A stretch of 64,000 nt of DNA from Rebecca billardiae RCC1528 (Eukaryota > Protista > Haptophyta): positions 1 to 64,000 of the forward strand of contig OZ251247.1 in NCBI GenBank assembly GCA_965240325.2, given 5' to 3'. The notes beneath the pieces are model-generated. The model worked only from the letters and a program-made list of their open reading frames with translations. It had not been told where the DNA came from and made no database searches. Below are positions 23,449 through 36,113 of this stretch, in pieces; positions within the stretch are counted from its first letter, which is position 1, and each line of letters opens with the position of its first letter. The position numbers were made by a program, and so were the translations under genes.

Positions 23449-24348
23449 GGCCTGTTTTATTTCTACCAGATTCTATTTACTATGTCACGGCGACAAACCC
23501 GTGCCCGCCAGTGGGAATCGGTGTCACGCCCCGTTGGATGTACCTCTCACGGCCGATGGCGGCCTCCACGTGCGTGAGGAATGCGATTCGTGCACTCCTC
23601 GGTGACCGGTGAGTGCACGAATCCAGTTGCGGCGCTCGTCCGCCTCGTCGTCGTCGCACACGAGGTACATCCAACACCATGGGTCGGATCGCAGAACTCT
23701 CCGCGCGCTCGCGCTCGCGCGGCGAGGCACTGGCAGGCTTGTTCTTCATCTTGGCCAAGGCTGCAGCCTGCCAGATGCGCGAGAACGCGTGTGCATGCCT
23801 TTCCGCGCGTCATGAGTGCGCGTTGCACGCATCCTATCGTAGTCTACGCCGACGAGGCCTGAGCATCCACGTCAACCAGCCTGCCACGATCACGTTCAAA
23901 TGCAGGCGGCAAGCTGCATGCGAGCGGCACGCAACGGAAGCATCTCAAGCCCGACAAAGTAGTGGCGGAGGAGCTTGTAGAGCTGGTGGCGATTGCAGTC
24001 TATCTTTTTATCACCTGTTCAGAGTCGCCAACTGACACGGGCGCGACGTAGCCAAGGTAGAGTGCCTGCAGCTTGCAGCAAGCCCGCAGCTGCCACCTCG
24101 GCGACGATCGTCACACAACCGTGCGCCGCGACTGACCCCTGTGTCAGGGCGAAGCACCAGGCAAGGCTAAGCAGCATGCCATGGCAACCTCTTTCGCTAC
24201 AGGTCAGCGCGCTAGTACGAGAATGCGCCAACGACGTGCCATCAGTACTCCGCAATCGCGCCGGCACCGCACCAGCGGCCAAGCAGCCGCCATTTTGCCG
24301 CGTTTTGGCGGATGTCGCCGTTGGGCTCTCGTAGAATTAAAACAGGCC
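23449..24348. mobile_element. 900-bp TIR element with 4-bp TSD (AGTG), family unassigned
   Basis: 18-bp TIRs GGCCTGTTTTATTTCTAC / GTAGAATTAAAACAGGCC (1 mismatch). AGTG at 23445-23448 and 24349-24352. It interrupts the spacer motif CCGTTGGT...ACACGGGGACGGCG, which is contiguous in other units. Confidence 0.8.
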
Positions 24349-24957
24349 AGTGACACGGGGACGGCGTCCGCGGCAGCAGAGCACTGGACCGCACCGAGCC
24401 AACTTGTCACTTGTGCGTGACTAGCTTGACTCTTGAGTCAGCGCCACTGAATCTGATGAGATATATCCGGACGATATGATGACGCCTGGTGCAAGTGCAT
24501 GGGCTGGCTCTGGCCGATACCAGCTCGGCTGCTCACGGCACGCAGTTGACACTGCGGCAGCGACTGCGACGGCCGCCGGGCAGCGCTGCTCAGAGCGCAC
24601 GTACACGCCGCACTGCGCATCGGACCCGGCAGTCCGGACTCGGCGCCTGCAGGCAGGACTCAGCCGCGCGGCGCACGTGCCGTCGCGCCGGCTAGCCCAC
24701 CGCCCCCCCTCCCCCCCGCCCCCCGCCGGCAGGGCCCAGGGCGGCACGCGCGGCTGTCGTGCCGCAGCCCTCACCACCCGGAGACGCGCGCTGTTGCCCC
24801 CTCCGCGGCCCGTGCCGTGCGCACCCGTGCCGCGCCCAGTGCGCCCGGCGTGCAGCGGCACCTCCCCTCCTCCCCCCGCGCACCCCCACACTCCCCGCTG
24901 CAGGCAGGCCCGCAGCGGCTCCGGCTGCCGGCCCTCGCCCCTCGGAGGCAGGCGGCG

Positions 24958-26418
24958 TCAGCAGACGCGCGCCCGCCACGCCGCCTCGACGCACGTGGGC
25001 GTGCCAATCCGCTGGGTGGGCTCGTCTCGCTCGGCCGCGCTCATGCCGAGGCCGAGCGCAGCCGAGCGCTTGCCGCACGCGTACACGCTGCCGTCCGCAC
25101 TCACAAACAGCGAGTGGGCGACGCCCATGGCACAGCGCACCACGCGCGCGTGGGCGAGCAGGCTCACTCGTGCGGGGGTCTTGCGAGCCGCTTTCCAGCG
25201 CCGCCCGAGCTGCCCATGCGTGTTGTCCCCGAACGCGCGCGCGCTGCCGTCCGCGCCCAGCACCGCGCTGGTGTAAAAGCTGGCGCACGCCCGCACGATG
25301 CGCACACCCGCGATGGTGTCAATCCACCTCGGCGTGGGCTGCTTGTGCGTGTCTCCGTGCCCCAGCCTGCCATCCCCACCGTGCCCAAACGAGTACACCG
25401 CCCCGTCGCTGTCCACCACCAGGCTGTGGCCCCTGCCCGCGCTCACGTGCACGGCGCGCACGCCCGCGAGCGCCTCGATGCGCCTCGGCGTGCGCTGATC
25501 CTCCTCGTCACCGTGGCCAAGCTCGCCGTAGTCGCCGTCGCCGCACGAGTAGACGGCGCAACGCGCAGATAGGAACAGCGTGTGAAACAAACCCGCAGCC
25601 ACCCCGCCCACGCGCACGCCGTCCAGCGCCTCGATGCGCGTCGGCTCACACCGCCGCTCCGTGTCGCCGTGGCCGAGCTGGCCCCAGATGTTGAAGCCCC
25701 AGCTGTACGCGCACCCAGCGGCGGTGAGCGCGAGGCTGTGGCTCGCGCCGGCCGAGATGGCGACGGCGGGCTCGCTGGCGGGTAGCATGGCGCGTGCGAA
25801 CGCGTGCCGCTCCTTCGTGTCCCCCAGCCCGAGCTGGCCGTGGACGTTGTAGCCGCAGCCGTACACGGCGCCGGCCTCGCTCAGCGCGAGCAGGTGGTGG
25901 GTGCCAGCGGCCACAGCGACCACGCGCACCGCGCTGAGGGAGGCGACGTGCGTCGGTACGCGCACTGCATGCATGCCAGCGTGGCCGATTGCTACGTGCG
26001 CTCGATACTCGCCCGTCAGACGTCGGAACTCGTCCAGCACCGCCTCCTCACCGCACGTGTGCAGCCCGCCCTCCGCGTCAACAAACGCGCTGAAGTCCTC
26101 GCCGGCCGCAACCGAGGATGCGTGCGCGCATGCGAGCTCGAGGACACCCTCGCGCACGAACAGCTCCTCTGTCCACGTGCAGACGCCCGAGGGCAGCGCC
26201 ACCAGCAGCGCGCGCTCGTGCCCACGCGCGCGCGCGCGCTCGCGCAGCGCGTGCTCGACCGGCGAGCACCCGCCGGGCGGCGCGGCGTGGAAGAGGCGCG
26301 CGGTAGCGTTTAGGCTGGCGAGGTCACGCGACGGCAGGCATAAGATGATGCGGGCGAGCACTTCCGGGGGCAGGTCGTCGAGCGCGAGGGGCGGCGTGTG
26401 CGTCCGTGCCGTGGCCAT
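24958..26418 (-). CDS. F-box + 7x RCC1-repeat protein, copy 7 (type A, 486 aa)
   Basis: The ORF begins exactly at MATART, which supports that ATG as the true start for all copies. Confidence 0.94.
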   Translation of the reverse strand: MATARTHTPPLALDDLPPEVLARIILCLPSRDLASLNATARLFHAAPPGGCSPVEHALRERARARGHERALLVALPSGVCTWTEELFVREGVLELACAHASSVAAGEDFSAFVDAEGGLHTCGEEAVLDEFRRLTGEYRAHVAIGHAGMHAVRVPTHVASLSAVRVVAVAAGTHHLLALSEAGAVYGCGYNVHGQLGLGDTKERHAFARAMLPASEPAVAISAGASHSLALTAAGCAYSWGFNIWGQLGHGDTERRCEPTRIEALDGVRVGGVAAGLFHTLFLSARCAVYSCGDGDYGELGHGDEEDQRTPRRIEALAGVRAVHVSAGRGHSLVVDSDGAVYSFGHGGDGRLGHGDTHKQPTPRWIDTIAGVRIVRACASFYTSAVLGADGSARAFGDNTHGQLGRRWKAARKTPARVSLLAHARVVRCAMGVAHSLFVSADGSVYACGKRSAALGLGMSAAERDEPTQRIGTPTCVEAAWRARVC

Positions 26419-27256
26419 CGAGCCGAGCGCGAGAGAAGACGAGGGGAAGGGCCGAGCGGAGGCGGTGCATCACGCCTTAACCAAGTGTGCACGTTAAAAC
26501 ATAGTATAAACTGTAGGACCGACTGGACAGGGCAACCGTCCCCGGTCACCATCCCACTTCCAGTCAGTCATAGGCTCCTGACCTATTACGACGCGCACTG
26601 ATACGGCATCACTGCTACTGCTCGTCTGCGACTTGTGAGCAGCGTCCGGCGCGGTTGATCACTGGCGTGCCGGTCGTGAACACCTACACCGTTGGTAACA
26701 CGGGGACGGCGTCCGCGGCAGAGCAGACCGGCCGCGCCTGAGTCGCCACTAAGTCAGTGACGAGACGACCCGGATGATGAATGACGCCTGTATAGTGCAT
26801 GGCTGGCTCTGGCCGACACCAGCTCGGCTGCTCACGGCACGCAGTCGGCACTGCGGCCGCGACTCCGACGGCCGCCGGGCAGCGCTGCTCAGAGCGCACG
26901 TACACGCCGCACTGCGCATCGGACCCGGCAGTCCGGACTCGGCGCCTGCGGGCAGGACTCAGCCGCGCGGCGCACGTGCCGTCGCGCCGGCTAGCCCACC
27001 GCCCCCCCTCCCACCCGCCCCCCGCCGGCAGGGCCCAGGGCGGCACGCGCGGCTGTCGTGCCGCAGCCCTCACCACCCGGAGACGCGCACTGTTGCCCCC
27101 TCCGCGGCCCGTGCCGTGCGCACCCGTGCCGCGCCCAGTGCGCCCGGCGTGCAGCGGCACCTCCCCTCCTCCCCCCCCGCACCCCCACACTCCCCGCTGC
27201 AGGCAGGCGCGCAGCGGCTCCGGCTGCCGGCCCTCGCCCCTCGGAGGCAGGCGGCG

Positions 27257-28708
27257 TCAGCAGAAGCGCGCACGCCACGCCGTCTCGACGCACGTTGGCG
27301 TGTCAATCCGCCGGGTGGGCGCGCCTTGCTCGTCAGCCTCGCTCATGCCGAGGCCGAGCGCAGCCAAGCGCTCACCGCACGCGTACACGCTGCCGTCCGC
27401 ACTCACAAACAGCGAGTGGGAGCCGCCCATGGCACAGCGCACCACACGAGCTTGGGCGAGCGCACCCACTCGTGCGGGGGTCTTGGAAGCCGCTTGGAAG
27501 CCGCGCCGCCCGAGCTGGCCGTACCAGTTGCGCCCGAACGTGTGCACGCTGCCGTCCGCGCCCAGCACCGCGCTGCTGTCGTTGCCAGCGCACGCGCGCA
27601 CGATGCGCACAGCGGCGAGGGCGTCAAGCCGCCTCGGCGTGGGCTGCTTGTGCGCGTCTCCGTGCCCCAGTCTGCCACCCCCGCCGTGCCCGAACGAGTA
27701 CCCCGCCCCGTCGCTGTCCACGACCAGGCTGTGCTCCCAGCCCGCGCTCACGTGCACGGCGCGCACGCCCGCAAGCGCCTCGATGCGCTGCGGCGTGTGC
27801 TGATCCTCCTGGTCGCCGTGGCCGAGACAGCCACGGCTACCGTCGCCGCACGAGTAGACGGCGCAATGCGCAGATAGGAACAGCGTGTGAGCACCACCTG
27901 CAGCCACCCCGCCCACGCGCACGCCGTCCAGCGCCTCGATGCGCGTCGGCTCCCGCCGCTCCTCCGTGTCGCCGTGGCCGAGCTGGCCGTGCTCGTTGCA
28001 GCCCCAGCTGTACGCGCACCCAGCGGCGGTGAGCGCGAGGCTGTGGGACCCGCCAGCGGCGATGCCGACGATGAGCTCGCTCGCGGGTAGCATGACGCGT
28101 GCGAACGACCGCCGCTCCTCCGCGTCCCCCAGCCCGAGCTCGCCGTGGACGTTGTCGCCGCAGCCGTACACGGCGCCGGCCTCGCTCAGCGCGAGCAGGT
28201 GGCCAATGCCAGCGGCCACGGAGCACACGCGCACCGCGCTGAGGGAGGCGACGTGCGTCGGCACGCGCACCACCTGCATGCCCGAATGGCCAACAGCCAT
28301 GTGCGCTTGATACAGCCAGCCGTCCTCGTCCAGCTCCTCGCCGCACGTGTGCAGCCCGCCCTCCGCGTCCACAAACGCGCTGAAGCCACCGCCGGCGGCC
28401 ACGGGAGGCGAGTGCGCGCGTGCGAGCTCGAGCACGCGTTCGCGCAGGAACAGCTCACCGACCCACGTGCGCACGCCCGCGGGCAGCGACGCGGGCAGCG
28501 CGCGCTCGTGCCCACGCGCTCGCGCGCGCTCGCGCAGCGCGTGCTCGACCGGCGAGCACCCGCCGGGCGGCGCGGCGTGGAAGAGGCGCGCGGTGGCGTT
28601 CAGGCTGGCGAGGTCACGCGACGGCAGGGGTAAGATGATGCGGTCGAGCACCTCTGACGGCAGGCCGTTGAGCGCGGGGCGCGGGGCGTGCGTCCGTGCC
28701 GTGGCCAT
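27257..28708 (-). CDS. F-box + 7x RCC1-repeat protein, copy 8 (hybrid leader, ~483 aa)
   Basis: MATARTHAPRPALNGLPSEVLDRIILPL, seven RCC1 repeats, ends AWRARFC*. Shares many blocks with copy 3. Confidence 0.93.
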   Translation of the reverse strand: MATARTHAPRPALNGLPSEVLDRIILPLPSRDLASLNATARLFHAAPPGGCSPVEHALRERARARGHERALPASLPAGVRTWVGELFLRERVLELARAHSPPVAAGGGFSAFVDAEGGLHTCGEELDEDGWLYQAHMAVGHSGMQVVRVPTHVASLSAVRVCSVAAGIGHLLALSEAGAVYGCGDNVHGELGLGDAEERRSFARVMLPASELIVGIAAGGSHSLALTAAGCAYSWGCNEHGQLGHGDTEERREPTRIEALDGVRVGGVAAGGAHTLFLSAHCAVYSCGDGSRGCLGHGDQEDQHTPQRIEALAGVRAVHVSAGWEHSLVVDSDGAGYSFGHGGGGRLGHGDAHKQPTPRRLDALAAVRIVRACAGNDSSAVLGADGSVHTFGRNWYGQLGRRGFQAASKTPARVGALAQARVVRCAMGGSHSLFVSADGSVYACGERLAALGLGMSEADEQGAPTRRIDTPTCVETAWRARFC

Positions 28709-28915
28709 CGAGCCGAGCGCGCGAGAAGACGAGGGGAAGGGCCGAGCGGAGGCGTGCGCTGCGGAGGGCGTCCGACAGTGGCAAACCGTCTCCACTCCAA
28801 GTGAAAACCCGCGGCGCAGCCGCCACTTGGAGGACGGTCCGAACCTGGAGGACGGTTTTGGACTTTTTCCAGGCCGATCCTGGAGGATCGGCGCCAGTCC
28901 TTGAGGATCGGCCTC

Positions 28916-29712
28916 CAGCGAGTCCTCCAGGATGCGCCAGCGAGTCCTCCAGGATGCGCAGCGAGTCCTCCAGGATGCGCAGCGAGTCCTCCAGGATGCG
29001 CCAGCGAGTCCTCCAGGATGCGCCAGCGAGTCCTCCAGGATGCGCAGCGAGTCCTCCAGGATGCGCCAGCGAGTCCTCCAGGATGTGCCAGCGAGTCCTC
29101 CAGGATGCGCCAGCGAGTCCTCCAGGATGCGCCAGCGAGTCCTCCAGGATGCGCAGCGAGTCCTCCAGGATGCGCCAGCGAGTCCTCCAGGATGCGCCAG
29201 CGAGTCCTCCAGGATGCGCCAGCGAGTCCTCCAGGATGTGCCAGCGAGTCCTCCAGGATGCGCAGCGAGTCCTCCAGGATGCGCCAGCGAGTCCTCCAGG
29301 ATGCGCCAGCGAGTCCTCCAGGATGCGCAGCGAGTCCTCCAGGATGCGCCAGCGAGTCCTCCAGGATGCGCCAGCGAGTCCTCCAGGATATGCGCCAGCG
29401 AGTCCTCCAGGATGCGTCAGCGAGTCCTCCAGGATGCGCCAGCGAGTCCTCCAGGATGCGCCAGCGAGTCCTCCAGGATGCGCCAGCGAGTCCTCCAGGA
29501 TGCGCAGCGAGTCCTCCAGGATGCGCCAGCGAGTCCTCCAGGATGCGCCAGCGAGTCCTCCAGGATGCGCAGCGAGTCCTCCGGGATGCGCCAGCGAGTC
29601 CTCCAGGATGCGCCAGCGAGTCCTCCAGGATACGCAGCGAGTCCTCCAGGATGCGCAGCGAGTCCTCCACCCCTCCAGGATGCGCCAGCGAGTCAGCCTT
29701 CAGGATGCGCCA
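28916..29712. repeat. Minisatellite, 20/21-bp unit CAGCGAGTCCTCCAGGATGCG(C), ~38 copies
   Basis: Directly visible head-to-tail repeats with no unique spacers. Confidence 0.97.
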
Positions 29713-29849
29713 GCCAATCTTGTGGGTGTACGATGCACCGCCGTCTCCTGCAGAATGCGCCAGCCGTACTCGCAGATTCTTGATCCAGCCTGCGCGCGCG
29801 GATAGCGCGAGCGAGCGTGGCATTGGGCGCCGACGCGGGTGCTGCGCAC

Positions 29850-30350
29850 TGGTAGCGTAGTGAGATGGCGGTGTGCTCTTGCATCAGCCGTCTCCGCGTC
29901 GGGGTGTCGTGGGCGATCTTCAAGCCGAAGAGCAAGCGGTCGTAGCCAGTGCCTGCGCGCGCGCCGCGCGCGCAAGCGGCAGCGCGCCCAGCCAGCGCGC
30001 GCAGTCAGTCGTGCAGGGAGGCAGTGCGCGCGCGCGCCGCCCGCACGCGCAGTGGGGCGCACCAATGGAGAGGACGCCGAACGAGAGCTCGATGTTGGAG
30101 AACGTGGGCTCGTTTTGGAACACCATCTCCAGGTCGAGGTGCGAGAGGAACTGCCGGATGCGCCGCGTGAACACATAGTCCTGAGAGCACGGGGCGCTAG
30201 ACTAGACGGCGCGGCAGCGGGGTGAGCGGCGGCGCGCGCGCGTGCGTTGGCGCGCGTCGGCGCGCACGTCGGCGCGCGCACCTTGGAGAGCGCGAGGAGC
30301 TTGAGCAGCTCCTCGTTCGCCTGAGCCGCCGGGTCGAACGCCTGGACTTC
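29850..30350 (-). pseudogene. Spliced gene fragment (at least 3 exons) inside the 6.3-kb insertion; product unknown
   Basis: Exons 30350-30282 (EVQAFDPAAQANEELLKLLALSK), 30180-30063 (DYVFTRRIRQFLSHLDLEMVFQNEPTFSNIELSFGVLSI) and 29952 onward (GTGYDRLLFGLKIAHDTPTRRRLMQEHTAISLRY). They are joined by GTGCGC...CAG introns with consistent phase. Start and stop were not identified. Confidence 0.55.
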
Positions 30351-31819
30351 CTGCAAGGGGGGGCGGGGGTCACACGAGTGACGGGGCAGTTGGTGCGGCG
30401 GCAGTTGCGCGGTCAGTTTATCGCGCGCGAGGGCGGATCTGGTGCATTGCGTCATTCGCGATGCGTAGGTGGAGCAGTCGCGCGTTCGTACGTTGCCCGT
30501 CCAGTGCGCGCATGCGTGCGGCGCGCACAGTTCGCCGCGCCGATTCGCCCGGCGCTCGTGCTCGCACGCGCTGACGGCTGAGCGTGTTCTACGCGCTTGC
30601 GGCGCCTCTGCGCGTTGAGGCTGAGAGAAGTGCAGCTGGAGGATTGGAGCAGTAGTAGTAGCGTCTGATGATGGCTCTCTGGGATGATGGCGGCGTTGAA
30701 CGAGCGAGAGCAGAGCGCTGGGCTGCGGGCAAGGCGACGGTTCCGAACATCGCGGCCGATGATGACGAGCTGCGTCTGCGGGTGGTAGTCCTTCAAAATC
30801 AAACGCGCGGGTTCGGGGTTGCCGGACGACTAGTCCGGAAATAACGGCACGCCGTCGGCGCGCCGTTATTTCCGGACTAGTCCGGCACGGCGCCGTACAA
30901 GGCATCAATACCAGCAGCGTGCGGGGTGCGCTGCCTCCGGGGGGGCGGTGAGTACTGCATTCATAAGCCAGCATAGAAGCAACCTGCGGTAAGGGGATAC
31001 TTAATCGATGCTGGTAAGTCCTCAGCTGCTACGCTGGGGGTGCAGGCGCGCCGAGCTTAATCCGGATCCCGAGGGGGACGCACCCGCTTCCGTGTAGTTA
31101 TGGTATGTCGACGATAATTGACGACACTACCGAGCTGCCTCCGGGGGGACGTTTACTATGTGGCGCTTGCCGGAGCGTATGTAGCAGCCGCGCCCCGGCT
31201 CGGTCGGGTGATGGGGTAGGGTAGGGACGACGAACGACGGAGGGCGTAGGGACTAGGGTAGGGTTGATGGGCGCTCGCTGGTCGGTGGCGGTGGGGCAGT
31301 GGGGCGTGCACTGTGCGCGTGCTGCGGGGGCGCCCAGGCACCCTGCCCGAGACGAGCCAGCGGCTGTGCGATGTGCCAGGCGGCCAGAGCCTAGGCTGCC
31401 AGCACTGCTGCTGCGCGCGCATGAGTTGCGGGCCCGAGTGCCACACGCAGCATCGTGCTGCACGCGGGCAAGACGCTGCGTCGGAGCTGGCTGGAGCTGG
31501 AGATGGGCGCGCGCTGCTACTCGTCGCGCCGGTCGCGCCAAGCACGCGCATGCTCTGCGACGTGCTGGCAGCGGGCATAGAGGAGGCGCCCGTCGCGCGC
31601 CTCACCGTCTTGGCGACGCGCTGCCTACGTGCTCGGCGTTGCGCGCGGCACCGTTGGCACCCACTGGCGAAGCTGATGCCATGCCTGAGCGCCGCGACCT
31701 GCGGCACGGGCACTTTTGACCTGCAGCTAGCGCACGGCGCGGCGAGGCGCCCGGTGGACGAGCTGCGGGGCGTGGGCGCAAAGGATGAGTCGGTGCGCAC
31801 AGCAACTCAGCAAGAGGCA

Positions 31820-33060
31820 CACAGGCGGCGTGCGCACCACGCGTGGCTCGCCGCTCGCGCTAGCCGCTGGCCACCAGGCGAGCCGCTCGCCCTGGGCGCA
31901 TCGGCCCGCCTCCTCGCGCCGCCTGGCGCAGCACGTGCGCACCGGCGGGCGCGCAGGTGACGGTAAGCGTGGCGCGACCGAGGGCGGCTCAGGGCTCACA
32001 CCGCGCGCGCCGCGCCCACATCCATTTGTCCCCCCGGCGGCGCGCACGGGCGGCGCGCGCGGCACGTGGCTCGCCGCTAGCCACCAGGCGAGCCGCTCCC
32101 CTGGGCGCATCGGCCCGCCTCCTCGCGCCGCCTGGCGCAGCACGTGCGCACCGGCGGGCGCGCAGGTGACGGTAAGCGTGGCGCGACCGAGGGCGGCTCA
32201 GGGCTCACACCGCGCGCGCCGCGCCCACATCCATTTGTCCCCCCGGCGGCGCGCACGGGCGGCGCGCGCGCGGCACGTGGCTCGCCGCTAGCCACCAGGC
32301 GAGCCGCTCCCCTGGGCGCATCGGCCCGCCTCCTCGCGCCGCTTGGCGCGCCGCGTGCGCACCGGCGGGCACGCAGGTGACGGTAAGCGTGGCGCGACCG
32401 AGGGCGGCTCAGGGCTCATCACATCGCGCGCGCCGCGCCCACATCCATTTGTGCCCGCGGCGGCGCGCACGGGCGGCGGCGCCGCGGCGCGCGCGCGGCA
32501 CGTGGCTCGCCGCTGGTCACCAGGCGAGCCGCTCCCCTGGGCGCATCGGCCCGCCTCCTCGCGCCGCTTGGCGCGCCGCGTGCGCACCGGCGGGCGCGCA
32601 GGTGACGGTAAGCGTGGCGCGACCGAGGGCGGCTCAGGGCTCACACCGCGCGCGCCGCGCCCACATCCATTTGTCCCCCCGGCGGCGTGCACGGGCGGCG
32701 CGCGAGCGGCACGTGGCTCGCCGCTGGCCACCAGGCGAGCCGCTCCCCTGGGCGCATCGGCCCGCCTCCTCGCGCCGCTTGGCGCGCCGCGTGCGCACCG
32801 GCGGGCTCGCAGGTGACGGTAAGCGTGGCGCGACCGAGGGCGGCTCAGGGCTCACACCGCGCGCGCCGCGCCCACATCCATTTGTCCCCCCGGCGGCGTG
32901 CACGGGCGGCGCGCGAGCGGCACGTGGCTCGCCGCTGGCCACCAGGCGAGCCGCTCCCCTGGGCGCATCGGCCCACCTCCTCGCGCCGCGTTGCTCGCCG
33001 CGGGCGCACCGGCGGGCGCGCAGGCGACTGTAAGCATGGCGCGACCGAGGGCGGCTCACC
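31820..33060. repeat. Tandem repeat, ~210-bp unit, ~6 copies
   Basis: The anchor CACCAGGCGAGCCGCT recurs near 31870, 32080, 32291, 32517, 32728 and 32938. Confidence 0.93.
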
Positions 33061-33697
33061 TTGCGCACGCCGCGCTGCCAATTTTTCATTCGTCCTCTTT
33101 CCCCCGGCGGCGGCGCGCGGCACGGGCCGCGCAGGCGCACGATTAGCCATCGGACCAGCCTATTGCACGCGGCACATTCGCTTGTTCATACGAGCCACGC
33201 GCGCGCGGCGTAGCGTGAGCATGCCCCTAGTCGCGGCGCAGTACCAGCATAGCCTACCAGCCTACCAGCAGCCTACCAGACTGAGCACGCAGTGTCAGCC
33301 CACTGCGGGCGGTGCCAGGCCGCAGGCGGCCGCCCCGGCGCGGTCGAACCGTCCCGGCTGCCTACTCACTATACGTATATATATAGACCAGCAGCCCGTA
33401 GTACCACCCCGGCCGTACCGCGCAGGACGACCGTACACTTTGACTCGGCCAGTGTCGGCTCAGCGCAGCCGAGCGGCACGGTGGACGACCGACACGGCAG
33501 ATTACTGGTCGTCATCACGCATATATGTGCGTGTCAGGCTATATATATATACTACATCAATAATATATAGTATTATTATATTACATTAAACGCGGGCGGC
33601 TCGGTGATGACGGTCTGACGGACTCGGACGGTCGACTCTGACTCTGTGGCCTCGATGATACTCCGTCGGCTCGCAGACAGATATATGCGCTAAAATC

Positions 33698-33881
<184 letters not shown>

Positions 33882-35089
33882 CAGCAGTAGGCAGCTGTTA
33901 CTCTCGGAGAGTCGGAGATGCGCGCCCCGTGCTATCCCGTATCCGGTACGCGGGCTGCGCTGCGTCGTCAGACGAACGATGATCGCTCGATGCTGATGAT
34001 GCATGTTGCGCGCTGTCATACTGCGCTAGCTTATGGCCGCTGGCGGGCCCGCTGGAGGCGCGGGGCGGCCCGAGCGCCGCCGCCGGCCGAGCCGCGGGCC
34101 CGCCACCCGCGGCACGGCCGCCGGCGGGGCCCCCGCCGTCAGTCACGGGCACGGCGCCTCGGCGGCGGCGGCGTAGCGCCGCCCGCGGACTGACAGCAAG
34201 TGACGACACGCGACTCCGACAGCCAAAGCACGTATAACTATAATAATATTACTATCGTCTGGCAGTCGATCTGGTAGGTACACTGATAGGCTGGTCTTCA
34301 GCTAGCTATGCTGGTGCTGCGCCGTGCGGGCGGCGTGAAGCCGGGGGCGTGCTCTCGCTCCGCTGCGCGCGCGTGGCTCGCCAGTGGAAAAGCGCGAATG
34401 CGCTGCGTGCGATAGTCGGTTCCGATGGTCAACCGCGCGCCCTGGCGGCCCGTACCGCGCGCCGCCGCCGGGTAGACAAACGGGGGCGCGGCGCGCGCAC
34501 GGCGAGCCGCCCTCGGTCGCGACATGCTTACTGTCGTCGCCTGTGCGCCCACCGGTGTGTACGCGGCGAGCCGTGCGGCGCGAGGAGGTGGGTCGATGCG
34601 CCGATCAGGGCCAGCGGCTCGCCTGGTAGGCAGCGGCAGGCAGCGGCGAGCCACGAGCCACGCGTGCGCCGCTCGTGCACGCCATGGCATGCCCAACGGC
34701 GCAGGCTTGAAGCGGCATGGCGCGCGCCCATGATGGCCCCACCTCGAGGATCGACCAGGTCAGGCACGGCGCGTTGCCCGGTGCGAGTCCGCCTGGTGCG
34801 AGTCCTCGCCCGCCTGGTGCGAGTCGTCGTCGTCTCGTCGAGCTGAGCCGAGCACCGTCGGAGGGAGGGCGGACACGCGCTGTGTGAACCGGGCAGAGCT
34901 TGCAGGAACCGCTGCGAAGCGGAGGCGAGGTGGCGAGCAAGCATCGTCACTGCGCGCAAGTCTCTGGAGCCGGCGAAGTTCTATCCTCGAGGATCCGCTG
35001 AGACATGGTTTTCCTCCAAGTCCCGCGCCGATCCTCGAGGATACGTCTGCCCCTTCTCTCTCCTCTGAAAGTCACAGCGAGGGTGCTGA

Positions 35090-36113
35090 GGGTCGTTCTT
35101 CCGAGCCCCCGCAAGCTCGCCCAGACGGGTATCTGTCCTGAAGCATTTGTCTAGGGTGGCTTACAAAAATGTTCGGGCTCAAAACGAGGGGCCGCGGGCG
35201 TTCTTGCGAGCATTTCCTTTCCGTTTTGGAGTTGCGCCGGTAGCTATTGAGATTGCGGGAGGATCGGCACCTGCTCGCCCAAGGGAGCCTAGGAGAAGCT
35301 CAGCGAGGGCAGCCCGCGACCCTAGCGTCCCTGTCGTGCACGTGCAGGCCCTTCTCGTGCGCATGATGTCGGCGAGGGGCGGCAGTCAGAGCGCCAACGC
35401 ACACTTGATCTGCAAAGAGAAGCTCGTGTGTGCAATGTAGGCAACCAGGTGTCCCACCGACCGACCGCGCAAGCGGGCGCCGACAGCCGAGCACGGTGGA
35501 GCTGGTCGCGTGTGCGCAGACAGCTAAGCGAGATGATATGAGGAGATTGTGGGCATGCCACGGTCGAGCCCTGCTCGTAAGTGTCTTCTGGAGACACGCA
35601 CGACCGTGTGCATCGTGGCTGAGTCGAAATCTTCTACGAATTCAAACGCTCCGGGCGCAAGGCGCGACGAGTGCATTCTGCGCACGTCAGATCACACAAC
35701 GGAGGCTTGCGCCGCACAAGCTGCGCTCAAGCACGCGAGCGCAGCCAGGCGTCACACGTGACTGGCCAGCCTCAACACCACCGCCGCCGAGCATACGAGC
35801 GCGCGCGCGAACGCGCCGGTCGTACTTGTCTCCGCCGACCGCCGCACGCACGCACGGCATGCTCTCGACCCTCTCGTGGGCCGATGTTGGAAGTCACAGA
35901 AGCTTCCGTCCTGCGATCTTTCGGGACGAGATAGTATGTGACGAAATTTGGCCGGGACCAAGTGTTGTTTGGATTTCCAACAACACTTGGTCCCGGCCAA
36001 GTTTCGTCATCATGGGGAGGCCTCCACGCCCCCGCGTTCGCAATAGGTCCTCATACAACAATGTTCGGGCTCGGGCTGGGGAAAAAGCGTGGGGGGGCTC
36101 GGAAGAACGACCC
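35090..36113. mobile_element. PIF/Harbinger-like non-autonomous element (3-bp TSD TGA)
   Basis: 21-bp TIRs GGGTCGTTCTTCCGAGCCCCC / GGGGGCTCGGAAGAACGACCC. TGA at 35087-35089 and 36114-36116. GGG termini with a 3-bp TNA TSD are typical of PIF/Harbinger. Confidence 0.85.

Noticed and set aside
23524-23730. PH-domain-like tail (YLVCDDDEADERRNWIRAL) inside the 900-bp TIR element
   Set aside because: Only about 19 residues resemble the PH C-terminal helix and no upstream strands were found in frame. It could be chance and needs a profile search.
28916-29712. CRISPR array or repeat-protein ORFs (WRILEDSLAHPGG... frames)
   Set aside because: Units are head-to-tail with no unique spacers and no cas genes. 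The 20/21-bp length mix shifts frame constantly, so the ORFs are by-products of a stop-poor repeat.
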